This document shows, one piece after another, positions 37,022 to 55,700 of a stretch of 64,000 nucleotides of DNA. How positions within the stretch are numbered: position 1 is the first letter of the stretch; every line of letters begins with the position of its first letter. Below the pieces are notes generated by a model that was not told where the DNA came from, searched no databases, and worked only from the letters and a program-made list of their open reading frames with translations. Origin of the DNA: Marsupella aquatica (taxonomy: Eukaryota; Plantae; Marchantiophyta); NCBI GenBank assembly GCA_973895155.1, contig OZ316892.1, forward strand, positions 1,491,223 to 1,555,222, read 5' to 3'. The translations under genes were made by a program, and so were the position numbers.

Positions 37022-38653
37022 TCTTCAGTGTTGACTCAGAGTGGTCTCTGTCAATTCTATTCTTTGTACTCTTCCTTCCTAGAGGATGACTTTGAGCTCC
37101 ATGGGAGCAGTTTCCTTGAGACGTGGAACGGTATATCGACGAATTACTTCGCTTACTAGCTCCAAGCTACCAGGATTTCCAATTTATAGCGAGGCTATTC
37201 CCTTTCATCGCTTCTTGCCTCCTCCCAAAGTGACAATTGAGCTAAAAACTACGTTCACAGGGGCAACAGTTATTCGGTCATCTTACCATGAGAATACCAA
37301 TCAGTGAAAGACAATAGACTAAGTGAAATAGCTATCAAGCCCCAAATTTTGCTGACATGATAAGTTTCCATAGTCCCGGTGGTTCATTCAAATTGGCCAG
37401 TTACAATAGTCTCCTCTTAAGCAATAAACAAATCTGCATTGCTGATTGCGTCAATTCGTCATGAGGGGAAACAACCGAAAGACTGTAAAGGTTATCCGTT
37501 CAAAATATTTCGCTACACATGCATAATATGCGTTTCTAGTACATAGGTGTCAATTCGTCGTGATGTGAAACAACTGTAAGGACTGTAAACGGTATCCGGT
37601 CCCAAAGTGACTGCGCCACATAAGCCTAATACGTGTTTTAGTAAATCGTTCTTGAATGTACTCATCCTCTTCAGCTGCCGGTGGGAAGAACCTGCTGAGT
37701 TCCCCACAAGCACCAGATTTTACTTGGAACGTGTTCATTGACCAAAGTGGCTCAGTGCCGATGATACCACGTTGGTGATCATGTCGACATAGTGTGGTGC
37801 ACATAATGAGGAGGATGTGTTCGCTGTATTGAATCTCTTTCTTACTTTGAGCGCCGACCTTCTGTGTTTTGGGCAAATAAGTGAATTTTATCATCCTTAC
37901 ATGAGAGGAATCAGAAATGGCTGGAAGGATATAATTTTAAAGGGCGTCCACTTCCTGTGTTTTGGGCAAACAAGGAATTTATCATCGCAGAGAGGGACCA
38001 AAAATGGTTGGAAGAATGTGATTTTAAAGGTTGCACAGGTGCTCCTTTCTTCCGGCAACTACCTTCCTTGGGGCCCACTTAGAATAGTTTCTAAGGATTT
38101 TCAATTCAAACAAACAAAAAATTGGTTTCAACATAGTCTCGCAGGCAAACCCTTTTTTTGTTTTCATCATTTCATGTATATGTTGCACACAGATCCTTGA
38201 AAGACAAAGACCAGAGTGACCCCAAACAAAGACCAGAGCGAAAATGGGGATTAGTAGAAAAGGTGAGTCTCTGAAAATGACACAACTTGAGGAGTCACTG
38301 GAAACCAAGTGAATGGGAATAAATTGATGAAGGGGCATTGGGTAACACTTGCCATCCTGGTGAAAAAGGAAAGCTTTAAAACTTACCTTGTTGGAGATGC
38401 TCTAAGAACCTGAGGGGAAAAAGCTTTAGTCTACATAACTGCACAAGACAAGTAATTTAGTGGTTATAATCTAACTGTATAACGGCAATTTGAATCTACT
38501 CTTCAGGGCCTATGGTCTAGAGTGAAGCTCCTAGATAGTGACTCTCGGGGTGTACCTGAGGTTGGGGGTGCAGGTGGAAATTGAGGACTTAAGCTACTAC
38601 AGTTATGCGTGTCACAAGACTATAGTCAACAATTGAGTCCCAGAACAAGTCTT

Positions 38654-38786
38654 ACAAAGGATTTTGACTCTCATTTGTGAGCTTTCCTCCCTCATTTACC
38701 TTCAACAGGATTTCAAATACAAAGGATTTTGACTCTCATTTGTGGCCTTTTCCTCTGTCATTTGCCTTCAACAGGATTTCAAATAC
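38654..38786. repeat. ~65-bp direct duplication
   Basis: acaaaggattttgactctcatttgtg...ccttcaacaggatttcaaatac occurs twice in tandem. Confidence 0.75.
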
Positions 38787-39109
38787 TCTAGTGAATCTAA
38801 CACAATTATATACAGAACTGCCAATAAACAAGAGGGGCCCCAATGGGCAGACAGGGCCTAACAGGCAAAAGGTTGGCAACAGAAGAGCCGGAAAGCCCAA
38901 AGAACCCTGGCAAAAGCCCAACACACCAACAAAAGGGAATCCTATACCCTAGAACCTACCTTGTCATCAGTGGGTCAGAGCCAATAATGTATGAGTGAGT
39001 CGAGCATATATGCTCCTCATTGCAACCAGGCCTTACAAGAGAGAATAATTCCTAAATATTGCTTGTATAGTTCAAGGACTGACACTGGAATTGCTATATA
39101 TATATATAT

Positions 39110-39400
39110 TAGCTCCAACAGTTACACATGCTGATGGATTCTCCGGTAACCAAAGCTCCACTGAACTTCGGGCCCCACTGGGTACACACGTAGGTGGAGG
39201 CTTCGGGTGCCAGAACTCCATTGCAGTTTGGGCCCCAGTCATTACACATGAAGGTGCACGCTCCACCTGCCCGAAGTCCACTGCAGTTTGGGCTCTAGCT
39301 GGCACACATGCAGGAAGACGCTCCGTTTGCTGGAGCTCCACTGGATTTTGGGTTCCAGCCGGCATACATGAAGGTCAACTATCCTATTGCTGGAGCTCCA
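39110..39400. repeat. Degenerate 60-bp tandem repeat (about 5 copies)
   Basis: acacatg and ctcca motifs recur every 60 nt; the minus strand gives a 20-aa repeat (PAGTQNPVELQQTERLPACV-like). Confidence 0.75.
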
Positions 39401-39495
39401 GACACGCTCGGAGCCCCGCAAGGGCGTATGGTTCTAGTTTTGGAGGGTGGAAAGAGAGCGTATGGTTCTAGTTTTGGAGGGTGGAAAGAGAGTTC

Positions 39496-39806
39496 GGGGA
39501 ATTAACTAAGTGTATATTTTTGGGTATCACGTGTGATCATAACTTAATATTAATAAACTTATTTTATAAAGAAACTATTCCAAAATTATTCTCCATTTTC
39601 AATATTAATAATAATTTTTACTTTATAAAAAATATGCATTAGAAAATATTTTATAAACATGAGTTTATAATAGGGTTTATAATACCTTATTTTAACCCTA
39701 TTATAAACTCTATTCCTTGTATAACTTTTAAACATTTAGTTAATTTTTATCAAAAAAAATTATTTTAAATTTCATGTGATTGTTAAAATTTTTGATAGCC
39801 AACCCC
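39496..39806 (-). mobile_element. MITE-like element, copy 2 (inverted relative to 18970-19250)
   Basis: GGGGAATTAACTAAGTGTATATTTTTGGGTATCACGTGTGATCATA is a near-exact reverse complement of the 3' end of copy 1; ends TAGCCAACCCC. Confidence 0.7.
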
Positions 39807-40150
39807 AAAGAAAGAAGAACTTACTAGAGATTTGTGTATATGTTTATGTGAAACAACACAGTCGAGTTATGCCACTATAAGAGAAGCATGCCAGATTGCA
39901 AGCAGCAAGGAAGGGGAGGAATGCGCATAATGCGCTACGCTCACGAATCCCTTCATTTGCATGCTCTGCGACAAATAAGAGGACCCTGAGGACAGTTTTT
40001 GTACACCAGAGCAAGCAGATAAGCATAGCTTCAGTCCATATTGAAGCAAAAAAATAATGGAGCAATAGTAAAAAGTAATAGCTATCATTATAGGCAATAA
40101 ATGGCAAAGCTGCTAGAAACAATAAAACACATTGAATCAATGTGAAGAAA

Positions 40151-40776
40151 CTTAGTGAGCTGAAGAGGTGATTAGCTCCGGGGTTTCGTCAGTTCGTAAG
40201 GTCTTACGAGTCCGATCTCACTTTCCTAGTGGCTCCATCGGTCACACTGGTCGATTTCCCGGATCTGTATTTTGGGTTACAGTCGCAGATGGGAGATGCC
40301 CAATAATTTTAAATGTCAGGAGATTTAGATGGCTCCTACCCGAATAAGATGAATTTTCTGTGATGACGCCTCTTTTGGTAGCTCGCAAGTTTTCGTAATA
40401 TTTTGACGTCGCCGATGTGGGAGGTGATTTTGCTTTGATCTGCGAAGTTGAGCCATTGAAAACATGTTCAGCTTCTTTCTCATTTCTTCCATCCCCTGCA
40501 TGCCTCTCACCGAAAAGATGAATTCCATCGAAATGACCGGTGCTTCTCCAGGATTCTGAAAGTTTCACTCTCAGGGTTTAATAATGAACGTAAAGGGACT
40601 ATTACCTTTGAATTCCAAGGTTAAGGTGGATGATCACCTGTCACAATGTTTCCGCGGTGGAGAAATAAGTTGATTGACGATGAATTGCAGTGTAATGATT
40701 TAGTTCACAAAATTCAGGTGGGAAATCATTTTCTCAAAGGCCGGGGGGATTGGGGTCAAAATGTGTATAGTTAAGT
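40151..40776 (+). repeat. Diverged inverted copy of most of HSP60 intron 1 (47118-47713)
   Basis: Colinear matching blocks such as agatgggagatgccc, tattttgacgtcgcc, atgtgggaggtgattt, ttcagcttctt, cctttgaattccaaggtta and tttagttcacaaa. Confidence 0.85.
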
Positions 40777-42063
40777 GTCGCGGGTCGAGCTGAAATGGAT
40801 CTAACCATGCTGCTGCCCAAAATTTGCCTGGCAGAATTGTAGACTGCGTATCTTGTCTGCAAATCCTAAACGAATCTTTCTATTTAAGAATAGACAAAAT
40901 GCCTAGAATTGTTTTCTACAAATGTTTCCTTAACTGGAATTCAGAATATCCCAGAGGCCAGTCCTGCTACATCTGCTAAACTAGTGCGAAAGGGTTCTAT
41001 TGTTTGAGTTCTTACTCATTCAACAGACAGAATGGTGAACACTCTGAGACTAAGTTCATGAATAAGGGCTTTCTCGAACTAAATACTATCGCAATGGCCG
41101 GCACCAACTATTGGGGTAGGCAACCACAGATCCAGTCAGGATTCGACCCCCATCCTATCTAAGGCCAGCATACGATCACATGCTCTACGTGACAACAGTC
41201 AGAATCAAGGGCATACACACTTACAAAGCTCCTCAAGAGTGGCAGGGTCAATGCTGCCCGTACTCTCATGGTCATTCACTACTCTCCTGACATATTGACG
41301 TACCTCTAATACAGTTTATTGTCCAGGTTTTGCGATTTATACTTTCAGGGTTTCTTGGTTGAGCAGATCGAATTGCCACAATTCAACTGTTGACCGAGAG
41401 GCCGACTTGCTCTACTGATGTTTGTGGAAGATACAAAGGTGAGGACTCGATGAGACAATTGACTTTGGGATAATGAAAGAAAGCTGTTCTTAACAATCCA
41501 ATCACAGCGACGACATTTCAGTTCTCGTCTTTGAGTCGAAACGAAACCAACTCGGTGAGTTTACTTCTCGCCTTTGACTGATGCAAAGGCCTCAAAGCCT
41601 CTGGATGCTACACCTAGCATGTCGTTGTTTCTCGCAGGCCAGTTAGTCGTGTGCCTTGTCAGGGATCATTGCAGTTTTGCGAAGTTCAGGCTGTATTTGA
41701 AGTTTTAGGGAAAACAAACGAGAATACCGTGTAATTGACAATCCGCTTCTAAACTATGATTCCTCGAAAGATCAATTGCTATGTACGAATTTATTCCAAC
41801 CGAGGATATATTAACTTGAACAAAAATTTCTTTGATTGCAAGTCAGGAACATCTAGATGGCCCCTTAGATGTTTAACTAACTTCTCAACGCCTCACTATC
41901 CTATGAGTTGCCTTTCTGCCGAGCCATGCACCTCAAACCCCCAGGCAGTCCAAGGAAGTGAGAAATGGCTAAGATCATTCAAGTTCCATCATGTAAGGCC
42001 AGGTAATTATGTTGGACACTGAATGTAAACGCAAGATCGCTGCAAAATGTCAGCAAGTGACCC

Positions 42064-47857
<5,794 letters not shown>

Positions 47858-50589
47858 TGTTGCTGCTTGCTGACTGATCGTGTGATGGATTCCCGAACGA
47901 AGAAGGGCGCTCCCAGATAAGATTGCTGTGCGTCTGATCGTGTAGTGGAATTGTCGAGCAAAGGAAGGCTCGCTGCGAGTCTGATCGTGCAATGCATTCC
48001 GTTGCAAAGCGGAGTGCTCTTCGAGGTAAAGTCTCCAAATGCTCTGTGTCAATGATGAGGGTTTAGGGCTTAGGGGGCCTGTGTGCCAGGTACATGTGCC
48101 TGGTCACAGGGGAAAGCCAGACAGAAGGGACACTCCAGGACACTACAGTTACCTCTCTCTAAGTGCATACCAGTGGGAAGACACATCCAGTGGGCAATGG
48201 GAGTTTGCACTACCTCCATTCTTGAGTAGTCTCTGGACTTGCAATTCCAATTGTACTAGCCCCGACTACCCATTCTTTGAATGTGAATAGCGAAGAGGAC
48301 AATAAAAGTGTTATCAAAACATATTCTTTATTTAAATTCTTTGAAGGTTAATGAAATGATAAAAAAACCCAGCATTTTAGTAGTCATATATAATATATCA
48401 TTCTCCTTTTCGATGCACATCCTTCTTTGTATGCACATATGTTGTGGTGGGGCCGTAGTGCCCATTTTTTGAATGTAAATATTTAGAAATTATCATAGGA
48501 AACTTGCATGTATTAGTTGACATACATCATAGTCATGAGTTTTTCCCATGCACATGAATTTTGTCATGCACATGATGGCCATGGAGTTCCGGTCTAGAGG
48601 CTTCACTCTAGACCTAGGCTCTTAGAAGTAGACTTCAGTTGATGCTTTTATAGTAAGATATCCCTGACCTACATTAGGTGTTGTTCTTCACAAGTGCATT
48701 TTATATTCTCTTAAAAATGGGCATGCATCTATCAGAAAATGTAACTTGATGGGAATGTGTGCTTACAAACATGTGTCCATGTAAAGTTATCTAGGGTTTT
48801 CACTCACAAAGTTCTTCCAAAACATTCTCAGGCTTGTTTGCACTTGCAAAAGGTGCGCAAACTCAGTTTGAAATGATGGGGAAAAGCAGAATGCCTTGCA
48901 GGTTAGCCAGGTTTTCTGGTTATGGAGTTTGCACTTACAGAGAGCCTACTGAATTTGCACCTATCCTTTTGCAGTTCAGGTCACAAAAAGCAACAAGGTC
49001 ATCCTCTCCCATTAGAAATTCGAAGGTTGTTTTGCAATAACCAAAGACTCACATCTTTCTCAAGATTCTTGGAATTGAAAAACTAACCTCTTAGTTTAAA
49101 CACTCATGGAAAACGACCCTGAGGTCCACTTTACATCAGCTCTCCCTCAACCCCAACAGAATTCCAAAACTTTAATCTGAGGTTTAATCTTATTCCATGT
49201 AAAACGCAAATGCATGGCCTCACCCACGTGTTGGTTTCCAGCCTGCAACTTTGGAAGATTGTGTACAGTAGCTTTTACAGTTCTGTATGGTTTAGTCAAA
49301 ATGAAGTATTCTCCACACTGCCAATTTTAGTTTTTAAAGGGATGTTCCCCAAGGGACTACACACAGCCACTTTTTAGAGTTTTCTATGCCTTTTTTGGCC
49401 AAAATGAAAGACGTTTCATGGGCCTAGAGCTCACTAGACTCTCTTTTTTATCTGTATCCTTCCTGAATTCTCGAGGCACACAGAGACAAGGACCACAACG
49501 AGACTTCAAAATAAATTGGCTTCAAGAATAAGTCCAGTCCATAAGTTGGCATTTCATTCAATCACAAACGTATGATTTACCTTGAACACTCTTGGAGTGG
49601 TAATTTTAGTGCGCTTAGGAGGTCTGCCGTAGAATGGAAGCCATGTGGGGCAACCGAGTAGGTTTGGGGAAACTGAAAGCAAGCAAAATTAGGTTGTGGA
49701 CCCAATTTATCACAAGAATCAAGTCGGAAACTGGATGCATGGCAAATCCAACAGATGGTGGACGAGGGTTGAGAGAGTTGGAGCGCTTGATCAAGAAGGT
49801 TTCTGCACTCTATTGCAACCAGGCTGACTTCTGCCTATGTAGTTTTATTGAGTGGACCTTCAAGATAGTCATTGCCAAAGTTAGGGGAGGATTATAGACA
49901 ACAGCCTGATTGATAGCACTCTCTGGATTACCGTATAGGTTTCGGCCAGGCAGCAGCCGACAAACTTTGCACGGTGTTTCTGTAGCACACTTTCATAGCC
50001 GGAATGGTGGAAAAATCTTTCTTAAAATTCATGAATTCGTTAGTAATCCTTACTCGCATCCGTCTACAGATTGTCACCTTTAAGATATTCAATAATAACG
50101 GAGAGCAAGCTTAAAATCTCGAGGAGAGTCAATTCCTCGTGTGGTACGCAGGACCATTTCTTCTTGGAGGGTGATAAACAGGAGAGCTTTCGCCAAAGCT
50201 TTTCACAGGGAAATCTACTGTGCTATTTAGATGTGGTGGTACCTGTGGCGACAGCAACACGACAATGCCTGGAGAATTCGGGAGCAACTGGGGAGAAGAG
50301 GTGGAGGTCTGCAGTGATGGTTAAATAATCCAATAATTTGAAATACCTCCAATTGCTGTAGTGATCTGTCTAGACAGGTGACAATGCAAGCTGTTGGAAT
50401 TGCACACATACTGAGTTTTGGTTTGCCACTTACAGTTGCAGGTGGTTTTTTTCCAGCTTTCTTCAGTAGGGGTTGATTTCCAATGTTCTTTTAGTTATGC
50501 GGTACTCCTGTTCTGCTAAATATTGGAAAACAAAAAGTGTCTTTGTAAACAGACCCCACTAGCCAGAATCTGATGGCTATCCTTAAAGG

Positions 50590-51858
50590 TGTCGAGCTTC
50601 ATCCCCTCCACAACTTCTACAAGAGTTAGTTGTAAAGGGTTCTCCCGTCCTGCAACATCAAATTCAATTATACTTAAAAGAATAGAAAATTGCAACATCA
50701 TATTCATCTATACTTAAAAGAATGGAAAAGTTTAGTGGAGTTGTAAATAAGGGAAGCATGTTCCATAGGCAAATTTGTTAATGCAGCACCAGTCCAACGT
50801 ATCCAAGGCGAAGCAAGCAATGAAATAAAAATTCACACAAACAATTAAAACGTGCAGAGTGAAGTACCACGACCAAAGAGGACACAAGTAGCTGACCACG
50901 AGAAAATCGCAAATTTTCTTGGCAAGAATACGAGTTGAGTCTTGTAGTCACTTCCAGAAACAGTGATAACTCCCTCCTTTCCAACTTTCTCCATTGCCCG
51001 AGCAATCAAGTTCCCAATCTTTCGCTCCCCATTTGGCCAAAATTGCTCCAACCTCAGATCGAACCAGGTTAGCAAGCGTTCAGGCCTGTTGCGTGCAAAA
51101 CTTCAACAACGAGAAACCATCAAGTCAGTACTCACTTGGGCGAGGGCGATCTCTTCCGTTGTACTGATCATTTTGGCTCTGCTTTTCAAATGTGCAACAA
51201 CAGCATCAACTGCACGATTGATGCCACGCCTTATTTCCGTGGCATTCATTCCTGCTGCTACAGACTTACAGCCCTCTGAGAAAATGGCCTTCGTAAGCCC
51301 AGTTGCGCACGTTGTCCGTGAACCGATCCCATTGGAATGTCAGTTGCAAATACACGAACCCTCATCTCCCCTCATCTCTTGCAAGAACTCCTCATCTCTT
51401 GCAAGAACCAAGACATTTTCAGTAATTTAGCTCACAATTGCAACTGTTGTTCATAGAAACCTCAACATATCTGCAAGATGTTATTACCCTTCACTTGTCC
51501 GTTCGTTTCTACCGAGTCCACTTATGACAACCCAAGTGCTACATACCATCTCCAGCAGTGTCGTTGGTAGCATTTGCAACTTGCTTCGCCAAACTAGCTC
51601 CAACGTCCTTTATTCTGTCCTTAAATTCAATGGCCTTTGCCACCGTCTCACCATGCTTAGTAACTTTAGAAGGACCGAAACTTTGCTCAATAACAACATT
51701 TCGACCCTGGGAAAGACTTACAGAGTGACAAAGTTGTCAGTTACTGACATAAAAGCGTAATAAATCTACCATACATATACACACAAACATGATTATTTTC
51801 TGCGAGACAGACAACAATTAACGTTACGCAGCTGTCTTCTGTATGTTTGGGCCCATGG
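50590..51858 (-). pseudogene. Partial unprocessed HSP60 duplicate (copy of ~45188-46370)
   Basis: Same exons and introns as the functional gene, but with a lost acceptor (TTCAG to TTCACGG, ~51318), a lost donor (GT to GG, ~50953), a 6-nt duplication (~51138) and a frameshifting insertion (~50620); truncated at both ends. Confidence 0.92.
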
Positions 51859-52742
51859 GACAGGCACCCTCCAGTAGCTATTCAATCCCGCTCATCCTAC
51901 CATTAATCTAAGTCCAATTCTTCGCCAATGTTGCGAGTGTTTGTTGCGCCTTTCAACACATGCAAATCAAAGGCATTGTACATCGAATTGAGGGTTGGGT
52001 CAGTGTGCTATCAGTTCTGGTTGTAGAGATATTTTATTGACGGAGGACCGGAATATCATACAAGAACTAGGACACCTGCGTCCTTATGCAGATAAAAACC
52101 TTGGCCAGATAGATTTTGCCACTAACGAGATACACAGCTCTTAATAACGCAGCAGATCGCGTCAAACAAAGATAGAAAAACAACAACGACAACAATTCAA
52201 TGCCATCAATGAGGCTGAGCAAGGCAGGGCAATGCAGTCCTGCATGTCCTGCATTAAGGACTAAGGTGAGGAGGGAAATTCGTAACCAGATCTGGTCTGA
52301 CAGAACGAAAATGTTACACCTACTTTTTTATGTAAAAGGCATGTATCCCCCTTCAAGATTGAAAGAAAATATCAAGCCCAGCTTTCGCCGTCTTTGTAGG
52401 CCCAGCAAGCTGGCAGTGGGCCACAAGAACAGGGTATTAACTTGAGCCTAGCTATGGTTCAGGAAAACCGTGTCAGCAATGTAGCTCGTTTCCCGAAGAA
52501 CACCTGGAAGCCTCTAGTTTCTACGAGTTTCCAGTTCCGGCTACGCTAAGAAACACAACCGTCTTCGTTCAGACCTGTTTTGAGGATTTAATCCAAAGGA
52601 ATGTAGAGTGTGGTTGGCGAATCAAACTTCCGAGTGAGCTTCGGAAAGTACAAATTGATGTGTCCCTCTGCCAAATAATCGACAATTTGGCTCACGCATT
52701 ACGCCGCCCTGCCACGGCCTTCAATGAGGAGCGCCTCATTAA

Positions 52743-55700
52743 TTAAACAACAAGCGGTGCACCAGGATCTTGAATTCTGATCAGGCGGGAGTATGCACCA
52801 TCTTGACCTCGAAGGGCTGCGTGCGATCCTTGCTCAATGACAACGCCGTCTTGCACTACAGCGATTGTGTCTGCACCTCGAATAGTTGAGAGACGATGCG
52901 CTACCATGACAGTCGTTCTGCCATTCATCAACCGATCTATAGCCGCCTGCACAACCTTCTCGGATTCGGCATCCAAGGCGGACGTGGCTTCGTCTAGCAG
53001 GAAGATGGTGGGATCCTTGAGTACTGCGCGGGCGATGGCCACACGTTGCTTCTGCCCTCCAGAGAGCTGCACGCCCCGTTCTCCGACGAGTGTTCTGTAA
53101 CCTTCTGGCAGTGAACTAATAAAGTTGTGAGCGTTAGCAGCCTTAGCAGCCTGGATCACTTCTGCCTCAGTGACTCCGGGTTTGCCATACTCAATATTTT
53201 CGTAGATAGTAGTGGCAAAGAGAGCTGGCTCTTGCTGCACCAAAGCAATGTGCTTCCGGATAGACTGCAAGTTATATCTCTTGATGTCCTTCCCATCGAT
53301 CAGAACCTGACCGGATACTGGATCGTAAAACCTTTCCATTAAGGCTATGATGGAGCTTTTCCCGGACCCACTAGATCCCACGAGCGCAAGGCTGTGGCCA
53401 GCTTCAAGTTTCACATTCATATTTTTCAAGACGATGATGTCCCGTCTGGATGGATAGGCAAATGTGACTTGTTTCAGCTCAATGTCTCCGTGGACACTCT
53501 CGGCCTTCACACCTTCGGGATCATTCGGCTCGATCTTAGTCCTTCGATCGATGAGTTCGAATAGTGATCCGACAGCTTGGACTCCTTTGACAAGGTCAGG
53601 CGCCAGTGTAAGGGCCTCCACAGCTTTCTGTGCACCCATGACCAGGATCAAAAAAACTTTCATCACAGACGCCAAAGTGGCTTTTCTAGAAGCTACAAGT
53701 TTCTGTGAGTACCACATCGCAATTGCAAGTGAACAGAAAAAGAAGAACTGAGACAACCCATATCCGAATCCGACGATATGTCCTTTCCGAAAGCTCTGTT
53801 GTTGGGGTCCTTCTAGCTCATTTGTGAAACGGACTTGAACCTTATCCTCTGCGCTAAATGCTGCCACGGTTCGGAAATTTCCCACAGCCTCTCCTGCCAC
53901 TTGAGTTGCTCTCTCGTACGCCTTCGCCTGGCCTTTGGTAAACTTGGTGAGTACCCAGGTCTGCGCAAATTGTCACAGAAGTCAAAATCGGCCCACTTCT
54001 TGAAAAATAACATCTTCAGTTGTTAAACTCCACAGGAAATGGTCATTAATTGCAGGTTACCCAACTAGTGAAAGCGAATTTCAACAATGTGGACTTCATG
54101 AATGTAATTTACAGCGTTACTAAGCTGTACTTGTGTATCCTCGTTTTCAACTGCCGTGCCAAAACGCTTGCAACATGAAATGTCAGAGAGCGAGAGAGGA
54201 GGACTCGCCTCAAATACACTCGCGATATTAATGAGTGGAAATACGCCCAAAAAAAGAAGGGTTAGCCTCCACTGTATTGCAAAAGAGACAGCAAAAGAAG
54301 CAATCAAAATCGTGATACTCGTGAAGAGCACGGCAATTCTATCGCCAAGGGCAGATCTCACGCCCTCAGCATCGGAGCTCAAACGACCTGCCAGCCGATC
54401 GCTATTGTTATCGTCTTCGTCGAACCATCCAAGCTCGTTCTTCAAAATTCCTGTCAAGTTGTACAGAAACACATGATCATCAGCAATCATCTTTTGATCA
54501 TGCAAAGTTACCCTCCAACCAACTACAGTAGGACGGGAGTTTCGTTTGTCCGTAGTCTCAAGAGAAACTTATCACCCCTCACAGTTTAATTTACAGATTA
54601 AAATTGCCCTCGTTCTTTCAAATGATTCAATTAGCTCTTCACATGCACCTCCGAGACAGCAACTTGCCAATAACTAAAGAGTTCGTGATTCTTACTTACC
54701 GGCGAACATCATTTCTCGCACTCGGGCTACGAGCCTTTCTCCCAAGACTCCGAGAGAGTAATCTTGAATAATATAAATAAAGATTGCGGCGACACCGAGC
54801 GCAACAGAGAGTAAACTGAAGTTAGAAAGATTCTTCTTCATCTTTTGTTGGTTTGGATTATAATATTCTGAAAGCAAACTGGCCAAGATGATGGAGTTCG
54901 CAAGAGTTAGCAAGCCTGTTCCTGTCGACCCTATCATGGCCGCAATGGTATACATCCAATCCTTTTTAGTCATTGCAGCGAGCCGTATGACAGGTCCCTT
55001 CCACCCTTTCACAGCTTCTTTCTCCTGTTGCTCCGCCTGGAGCGTTGCTTCGCCTCCCTCTGCACCATTAGGTATGCTTGATATATGGCGGGAGTGAGCA
55101 GTGCTATTAGGAATATCTGGGTGAGAAGATCCTGTCAACAAAATACCCAACGATCCGCTCAATACATGAGATATTTGGAAAAGCTGGGTCTTATTGAAAA
55201 CCCATAGAACATGTAGACAACAGCCAAAGCACGAGCGAGCAGACCATATATGCGAATAATGATTAGATCTCCTGTCAAGCGGAGTATCCGGCAAGATCAA
55301 ATCAAATTGATTCTCCACCTATCTCGAACATCCTCTTGATACCATAAGCCGCCTGTTCCGTCCATTTTCTCAGGTAAATGATTGGAGTCTTGATTGGGTT
55401 CTGCTGTCGCGTGAGAACGTACAGAACGCCTTGAAAGCATGGACTAGATGCTTAGAGTATCGGGAAAAGAACGGGACAACAGAATTTGGAATACCTTGAA
55501 GAGGATGAAGATTTCTAGAGGTGACCACTTTATTGGCAGCCAGTTCCTGCAGAAGAATTGCCGCAGCATAAACCCCGCCTTCTCTCGAGATAAGTTCCTG
55601 GTGGGAACCCCTCTCCACAATACGACCTTGCTCTACCACGGCGATGATGTCCGCATTTCGTATGGTGGTCAGGCGATGTGCAATCATAACTGTAGTCCTT

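Noticed and set aside
38470-38546. Short inverted similarity with ~48585-48660
   Set aside because: Only ~80 bp and diverged; probably fragments of a dispersed repeat, with no definable ends.
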